Source: Bacteroidota bacterium (GTDB lineage Bacteria > Bacteroidota > Bacteroidia > Bacteroidales > FEN-979). From it: 64,000 bases of DNA. Numbering within the stretch: the stretch's first letter is position 1; each line of letters opens with the position of its first letter. Below are positions 57,372 to 64,000 of this stretch, in pieces. The position numbers were made by a program, and so were the translations under genes. The stretch spans positions 11,522-75,521 of the forward strand of contig JAPLDL010000017.1 of assembly GCA_026391735.1 (NCBI GenBank). The letters run 5' to 3'. Under the pieces are notes generated by a model. It saw only the letters and a list, made by a program, of their open reading frames with translations, searched no databases and was not told the origin of the DNA.

Positions 57372-57524
57372 TCACGATCTGGTGGTAATCAATAGCGCTG
57401 CGATCACCCCGGGAACCCATCCGCAGCAAGTGAGGATAAGGACCAGGAGCACCGAACCGCAGCCTTTGTCAATAACAGCAAGGGGAGGAAATATAATACA
57501 AAGGATGACTCTCCAGAGGGACAT
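57372..57524 (-). CDS. YqaE/Pmp3 family small membrane protein (50 aa; absent from the ORF track)
   Basis: Read directly: MSLWRVILCIIFPPLAVIDKGCGSVLLVLILTCCGWVPGVIAALLITTRS, with PPLAV and GWVPG motifs. Confidence 0.9.
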   Translation of the reverse strand: MSLWRVILCIIFPPLAVIDKGCGSVLLVLILTCCGWVPGVIAALLITTRS

Positions 57525-57606
57525 GGTACAAATTTAATGATTAGATGCAGATCAGGTGAAAAGGTTTCAAAATTATTACTTTTGATGCAGGTAAATCATC
57601 AATCCC

Positions 57607-58026
57607 ATGAACATAACGATCAGGATAATGGAAGTACCTGATATCCAGGCTTCCATTGAATTATGGAAAAACATGGAAGGATTGGCAATCCGGGGTTCTG
57701 ACAATATCAGGGATCTGTCGGATCATGTTAACATGAACTCCAGGCATAATTTTGTCGCGATGTCGGATGCGCAATTAATCGGCACTGTCCTGGGCGGGTT
57801 TGACGGTCGGCGGGGATATATTTATCATCTTGCCGTTCATGAAGACTTCAGGAAAAAAAATATCGGGAAGGAACTGATGGATCGATGTTTTCAGTCCTTC
57901 AAAGAGATCAATGTGAGCAAATGCCATATGATGGTGCTGAAGGATAATACCGAAGCACAGGCATTCTACAAAAAGATCGGCTGCGAGCCCAGGACTGAAA
58001 TCCTGGTGTTTTCAAAGACATTATGA
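57607..58026 (+). CDS. GNAT acetyltransferase (YpeA-like)
   Basis: GFDGRRGYIYHLAV, FRKKNIG, AQAFYKKIG. Confidence 0.9.
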   Translation: MNITIRIMEVPDIQASIELWKNMEGLAIRGSDNIRDLSDHVNMNSRHNFVAMSDAQLIGTVLGGFDGRRGYIYHLAVHEDFRKKNIGKELMDRCFQSFKEINVSKCHMMVLKDNTEAQAFYKKIGCEPRTEILVFSKTL

Positions 58027-59090
<1,064 letters not shown>

Positions 59091-59099
59091 TTACAAAGT

Positions 59100-59348
59100 C
59101 TAATTATCCCCGGATCTTTTAAACCACTTTTTAATTTTAGGCAGGAGATTGTATTTTTGAATAAGTTCTTTCCCGACCAGGGCAGCGCCAACCCAGAAGA
59201 TACTTGTTGCAGCAAAAAGAACGGGATAGGCAAGGGCGTATTGCCTTATGGTAAGTTTTAAAAATGGCAGGATGATGATCACTCCCCAGATGATCCATGA
59301 TATCAGGATCAAAGAAATACCGAGAATCCGCAGGAGTTTAGGTTTCAT
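59100..59348 (-). CDS. small two-TM protein (transporter-suffix-domain-like)
   Basis: Two hydrophobic helices, FWVGAALVGKE, basic tail. Confidence 0.7.
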   Translation of the reverse strand: MKPKLLRILGISLILISWIIWGVIIILPFLKLTIRQYALAYPVLFAATSIFWVGAALVGKELIQKYNLLPKIKKWFKRSGDN

Positions 59349-59415
59349 TTACCACAGTGAATCATATGTTACCATTCTAAACGATTAAAGCTATTATCAT
59401 ATTTCACAATTTTAG

Positions 59416-59571
59416 GATATTTACACTAAAACAGGCAGAAAACCCAATTACACTTTTCAGGCATGGAAAGACCTGTTTTCTCCACTGACCAGCAGTACTG
59501 TAAATGTTAACAGTTACAGGGGTTACCATGGGACCTACACGTTGTTCGATACATTCACGACTACGAAGTAG
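59416..59571 (+). pseudogene. possible relic of a GH10-like glycoside hydrolase C-terminus
   Basis: Start-less open frame DIYTKTGRKPNYTFQAWKDLF...SYRGYHGTY resembles the KP...W..L...RGFHG.Y end of GH10 enzymes (recalled similarity). Confidence 0.25.
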
Positions 59572-59608
59572 AAGCAGCATTCAGGCCCCGGAACTTACGG
59601 GCGGTAAA

Positions 59609-61054
59609 CTAATGTACCACAGTGATCTTTTTCAGGATTGTCCCGGTCCTGTTTATTATCCTGATAATGTAAATCCCTGATGGAATTGCAGAAAGAGGGA
59701 TGCTGAACTCCTTTTTCATACCCGTCGTCACTTCAAAAACTATTTGTCCTGTAATATTGATCAGTTCGGCCGATTCAAGGTCGGTGCTGCTTTGGACTGT
59801 CAGAAGATCAGTTGCAGGATTTGGGAATACCCGTATCCCGTTATTACTTAGCGCTTCGATGCCCGCTGACAGGTTGACCAGCATGGTATCGCAAGGAGCC
59901 TCGCACAGGAACGTATTGCTTAAAAGATCATAATGAATGGCCGTAATGAAATAGTAGTAAATGCTGCATGTGTCATTTGGAGGCAGGTTGTCAAAATACT
60001 CAAGCGTTATAACCGGAGATGCGTTCAGCTTTGAGAACAGATCAGGCGTCCATTGGCTCCTGTATATATTATACCCTACAACCTCCTGCACACTGTCACA
60101 ATCGGGCTTCTGCCAGGAGAGATGAACGACCTTTCCGTTCTGGGTGTGGCTGCAGGCAGTTGGCCCTTTGCATACCGGATAAAGATTGATGTTGTCAATC
60201 GCCCATTTTTCAATATTTAGGCTGTTGACGCCACTTACTTTGAAACCAATCTGAATTCCCGGACCCATTGCAGCCGAAAAATCTATTTTCTTATGAACCC
60301 ATCCGGTGTTCCCCTGGTTGGGAATTTCGTAAACAGGGTGCCATCCCGAGTCGTTAAAATAACCTGCGGTGAGCAGTTCTGTTCCACCGGCGGAAATATC
60401 AGTAAGCTGGTAATCAAAATCAAGGTACATATTGGCGCAGACCCATGGACGTGAATCAAGTACCATCGCCTTGAGCTTAATATCATAATTCTGCAGGGAA
60501 GGGCTTCCATTGAAGACTGCGCTTGGAGGAGGGTTTCCTTCAGTTACCCGGATGTTCCAGTTAGACTGATTCGGGACGAATGTCCAGTTCCTGAATGCAA
60601 AGGTGCCCTGGTCCCAGGTTTCAAAAAATGGCAGCGGGCAACTGCAATACAAATCGATGATAACAGGGCCGGCGGGCAGAGATGTCCCGAACTGTCCGGG
60701 AGAACCATAGTAAGTAAGGTCGTAATTAGCTGTAAGAGTATAGGAATACGTTCCGTACCAAAGGCTAAAGTCATAATAAAAAAGTGAGTCCGGGTTATTG
60801 ATATACGAGATCAAAATCCCTTCGCGGTACAAATAATACCCCACTAATCCTGCAGGAGTGGTCCCGTCGGGTTTCTGAGGTTTTTGCCACTGCAGATATG
60901 CAGTAGTTTCTATTGTGGTACCTTGAAAATTCAGAGGCGGATAAAGGGTGTCGAGGGGGTTCGTGGGTAAGGTGCTATGGCCACGGGCAGGCGCGCAAAT
61001 GAAGGCAGGCAAGGCGAAAAGCAGCATACAGGCCAATGTCTTTATTGATTTCAT
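59609..61054 (-). CDS. T9SS-secreted protein with FN3-like and adhesin/MAM-like domains
   Basis: Signal peptide; LQWQKP..GYYLYR and LSWQKP..GYNIYR FN3-like units; C-terminal VFPNPA...SGIYIIRI...KKITV CTD. Confidence 0.82.
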   Translation of the reverse strand: MKSIKTLACMLLFALPAFICAPARGHSTLPTNPLDTLYPPLNFQGTTIETTAYLQWQKPQKPDGTTPAGLVGYYLYREGILISYINNPDSLFYYDFSLWYGTYSYTLTANYDLTYYGSPGQFGTSLPAGPVIIDLYCSCPLPFFETWDQGTFAFRNWTFVPNQSNWNIRVTEGNPPPSAVFNGSPSLQNYDIKLKAMVLDSRPWVCANMYLDFDYQLTDISAGGTELLTAGYFNDSGWHPVYEIPNQGNTGWVHKKIDFSAAMGPGIQIGFKVSGVNSLNIEKWAIDNINLYPVCKGPTACSHTQNGKVVHLSWQKPDCDSVQEVVGYNIYRSQWTPDLFSKLNASPVITLEYFDNLPPNDTCSIYYYFITAIHYDLLSNTFLCEAPCDTMLVNLSAGIEALSNNGIRVFPNPATDLLTVQSSTDLESAELINITGQIVFEVTTGMKKEFSIPLSAIPSGIYIIRIINRTGTILKKITVVH

Positions 61055-61293
61055 GGGGGTGGAAAATTATATTTGTATATGAAAGAAGGATATATATTGT
61101 AGAGTAAAGGTAAGGAATCAGGAAGCGAAAAGCAAGAGTGGTTGAAAAATTCCGGTTTATAAGGTGACTGCGGATAGCGTTGTTGGTTTAATTTAGCCCC
61201 GTGAAGGGCTCACAGCTTGCCGGTTATTTCATGATGCGGTTGTAACCCCGGGCTGATTATCTCGTCTGATCCTGAGAATTTTAATTTTTACGG

Positions 61294-63231
61294 ATGAATT
61301 CGGTACACGGTAATTTTACAGAGCTGGAACAGGCTGTACGTGCGGCACTTGAGACCTATTCGAATGTTCACCGCGGCAGCGGGCATTTCTCTAAGGCATC
61401 CACTGCCCTGTTCGAAAAGGCCAGGGACATTATTCTTGAATGCCTGGAGCTGGACAAGCGCAAATACACAGTCATCTTTTGCAGCCCCGCAAGGGCATCT
61501 GTTTTGAGGGCAAAGCTTGAACCGGGAAGTTATACTATTGTGTCAAGCCATGATACGGGCCTTTGTTTAGGCGTAAGCGCAATCGCTGTCAAAAAGAAAG
61601 CCCTTCCCAAAGGAGTCCCTTTCCAGGCAGGCGGAGGAACTGCAAAACTTGTCGGTCCGGATTGGGTTAAATGGGCCGGTGCCCCCGACAAGTTCGAAGC
61701 CGGAACGCCAGCCATTATCAATATCATCGCCTTTGCCAAAGCGCTCAGCATGGTCCGAAATCAGAAAAACATACCTTTTTCTGATCATACGGGAGAAAAG
61801 CTATCCGCAGAAAAAATACTTTACCATGATGAACTGGAGGGATATTCAGGCCGTGAACTGCTCGGCAAGCTAAGGCAGACGCTGATTGGCAGGAACACCC
61901 TTGTGCCCACCACCCAAGGCGAAAGGCCTTTTATCAATCTCGATAACGCGGCAAGCACTCCAAGCTTTGAACCCGTGTGGGAGGCAGTCTGCAGGACATG
62001 GAGCCAGCCTTTGGAGGTTCAGAAGGAGGTCGTTGAAGAAACCAGGAAGGTTTGCTCAAAGTTTCTCGGCGCACCGCCTGACAAGTACGATCTGATCTTT
62101 ACTTCAAACGCCACCGAAGCAATTAACCTTGCGGCCGAAAAACTGAGCCTTGAATCCTTCCCGGGGACCGAAACCGTGATACTCACCACACTCCTCGAAC
62201 ACTCCTCCAACGACCTTCCCTGGCGCATATTCCCCGGTCCTTCGATGATCAGGATAGGTGTCGACAATGAGGGCATGCTGGATCTGAACGAACTGGAGGC
62301 GCTTATGCGCGCATACAACCTTGACGGCCTTCACGGGACAAAGCGCATCAGGCTGATGGCCGTAAGCGGGGCTTCAAACGTTCTCGGCAATTATAACAAG
62401 CTGGAGGAGATCAGCGGCATCGTCCACCGTTACGGGGCCCGACTGCTTGTGGATGCCGCGCAGATGGTGGCTCACCGCAAAGTTGTCATTCAGGCGGGAG
62501 GCTTCGACTACCTCGCCTTCTCGGCCCATAAAGTGTATGCACCTTTCGGGACAGGGGTGCTTGTTGTTAAAAAAGGTCTGCCGGGTTTCAGTCCTGCCGA
62601 AACGGAAATGATCAGGTCTTCGGGTGAAGAAAACGCCGCTGGGATAGCTGCGCTGGGAAAGGCGCTGATCCTGCTTGACAGGATAGGGCTGGACCTGGTC
62701 CTTGAGGAAGAACAGGCCCTGACGAAGTATGCGTTGCATGCCTTGACGCAAATACCCGGGATAACGATTTTCGGCATCAAAGATCCCGCTTCAGAGCTTT
62801 TCAGCCGGAAAGGCGGGGTCATCATGTTTGCCCTGAAGGGTATCATGGCTAATAAGCTGGCCAAAGAACTTGCAATCCAGGGAGGGATAGGAACAAGGGC
62901 CGGCTGCCATTGCGCCCACCTTATTATCAAGCACCTTCTGCATTTCACACCGACCTTGGCAAGGATACAGCGCACCATAGTGACCCTGTTCCCGATGATC
63001 AACCTACCCGGACTTTTACGTATCAGCTTCGGCATCCAAAACAGCAGGAAGGATATCGACGAACTGATAGTCGTATTGGGTAAAATCCAGGGGAAAAGAG
63101 GAATGTCATCCGCAGTCAAAGATGCAGCAAAAGATCAAAAGGAAAGATCATTGCTTCCCGTGGCAAAAGTGAAGCGGCAGATGAACGGTTTTGTTGAAGC
63201 TGCAGCTGCGAGGGTCTATTCAAAAGGCTGA
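61294..63231 (+). CDS. aminotransferase class V / SufS-like cysteine desulfurase with an extra partial N-terminal copy
   Basis: LDNAAST, EHSSN, DAAQ, SAHK (PLP Lys), RAGCHCA (catalytic Cys), RISFG; the N-terminal module has YSNVHRG and FEAGTP. Confidence 0.85.
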   Translation: MNSVHGNFTELEQAVRAALETYSNVHRGSGHFSKASTALFEKARDIILECLELDKRKYTVIFCSPARASVLRAKLEPGSYTIVSSHDTGLCLGVSAIAVKKKALPKGVPFQAGGGTAKLVGPDWVKWAGAPDKFEAGTPAIINIIAFAKALSMVRNQKNIPFSDHTGEKLSAEKILYHDELEGYSGRELLGKLRQTLIGRNTLVPTTQGERPFINLDNAASTPSFEPVWEAVCRTWSQPLEVQKEVVEETRKVCSKFLGAPPDKYDLIFTSNATEAINLAAEKLSLESFPGTETVILTTLLEHSSNDLPWRIFPGPSMIRIGVDNEGMLDLNELEALMRAYNLDGLHGTKRIRLMAVSGASNVLGNYNKLEEISGIVHRYGARLLVDAAQMVAHRKVVIQAGGFDYLAFSAHKVYAPFGTGVLVVKKGLPGFSPAETEMIRSSGEENAAGIAALGKALILLDRIGLDLVLEEEQALTKYALHALTQIPGITIFGIKDPASELFSRKGGVIMFALKGIMANKLAKELAIQGGIGTRAGCHCAHLIIKHLLHFTPTLARIQRTIVTLFPMINLPGLLRISFGIQNSRKDIDELIVVLGKIQGKRGMSSAVKDAAKDQKERSLLPVAKVKRQMNGFVEAAAARVYSKG

Positions 63232-63252
63232 CGGACAGAGGGTGATCAGGTT

Positions 63253-64000
63253 TTATTTTGTCAGATCGACAATAGTCTGGCCGGTCCCGTACATTGCGAT
63301 CCTCCTGATTCCCTTCTGGCCGAAGTCAATATTTTTCAGGTCGATCTTTCTTAAAGTCGGATTATCGTATGTCTTGAAATACAGTATCCTGTTCGTGATG
63401 TCCCTGAAAGTGACCCATTGCGTGGATTCGCTTGAAACAACGTTTCCCTTTGCATCCTTGTCGACGATGACACCAAACGGGATCGTGAACGTATTGATGA
63501 CATGCTCGCAAAGCAGCAGGTTAGATGCCGCATCGGGCTGTATGGTCGTATACTTTTCAAACATGGCAAGCCTTACGAAACGGCTGGGGGGTGAATAATC
63601 GCCGGGGAGGCCTATCATCCCGTCCCCATGGCCGGTAGGATTCAGGCTTAATGCGCCAACCTTGACTGGAATGGGATTCGTAGCATCCATGCCCAGGTAC
63701 TGCCTGAGGTTGGTATACTGCCATGGAAGCGAAGGTGAATTGGTCATGATCCCGAGCGGACTGTCATTGATATTGCACTGCCCCTTGTCGTATTCGATCA
63801 CGATGCAGCCGCCCTTCGCGTCATACACGATGAAATGCAGGGTTACGGGCATATTCACCTTATCCTTATCGGAATAAAAGAAAACCTTCACGTTCGCGGT
63901 TGCCGCCCTGACCTCATCCACTGTTGAGAAATTCCCCAGCACCCAGTCTCCAAACATGATCTGCGCAAGGGCTTTGCTGCTGTCGGCAGGCAAAACGGTC
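63253..64000 (-). CDS. choloylglycine hydrolase / linear amide C-N (Ntn) hydrolase, 5' end outside the window
   Basis: LHFIVYD, IMTNSP, GLPGDYSPPSRFVR, TQW, YFKTY. Confidence 0.88.
   Translation of the reverse strand, partial: TVLPADSSKALAQIMFGDWVLGNFSTVDEVRAATANVKVFFYSDKDKVNMPVTLHFIVYDAKGGCIVIEYDKGQCNINDSPLGIMTNSPSLPWQYTNLRQYLGMDATNPIPVKVGALSLNPTGHGDGMIGLPGDYSPPSRFVRLAMFEKYTTIQPDAASNLLLCEHVINTFTIPFGVIVDKDAKGNVVSSESTQWVTFRDITNRILYFKTYDNPTLRKIDLKNIDFGQKGIRRIAMYGTGQTIVDLTK

Overview
A 64 kb, gene-dense chromosomal segment from a Bacteroidota bacterium, probably Bacteroidales-like. The assignment rests on T9SS C-terminal domains, repeated TAnnTTTG -7 promoter boxes, a split transketolase, a Bacteroidota-type ParE and a Rho with a long disordered insertion. 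About 58 CDSs are present. Positions ~1-51.5 kb are mostly housekeeping and envelope genes: liaF-like/LytS/LytTR, dapF, mltG, nnr, parE, a small glycan locus, pnuC/nadR, tkt, peptidoglycan recycling, rho, rmuC, rlmB and ftsE. Positions ~51.6-64 kb look more accessory: cytochrome c peroxidase, a Tat-exported MBL hydrolase, FISUMP, OTC, AKR, a T9SS protein, a SufS-like enzyme and an Ntn hydrolase. I found no rRNA, tRNA, CRISPR array, transposase or phage genes. The best leads are: (1) a SufS-like desulfurase that looks like a single-chain pseudo-dimer with complementary deletions; (2) a Mesh1/SAH-like HD hydrolase overlapping the NAD(P)HX repair gene; (3) an ODP di-iron sensor, a soluble hybrid kinase and an APS reductase in one apparent operon; (4) a 157-bp MITE-like, highly structured element with a cUACGg tetraloop in the rmuC leader; (5) a formyltransferase/beta-propeller fusion in a mini glycan locus; and (6) a FakA-FakB fusion. 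All product calls come from motif recognition by eye; no database searches were run.
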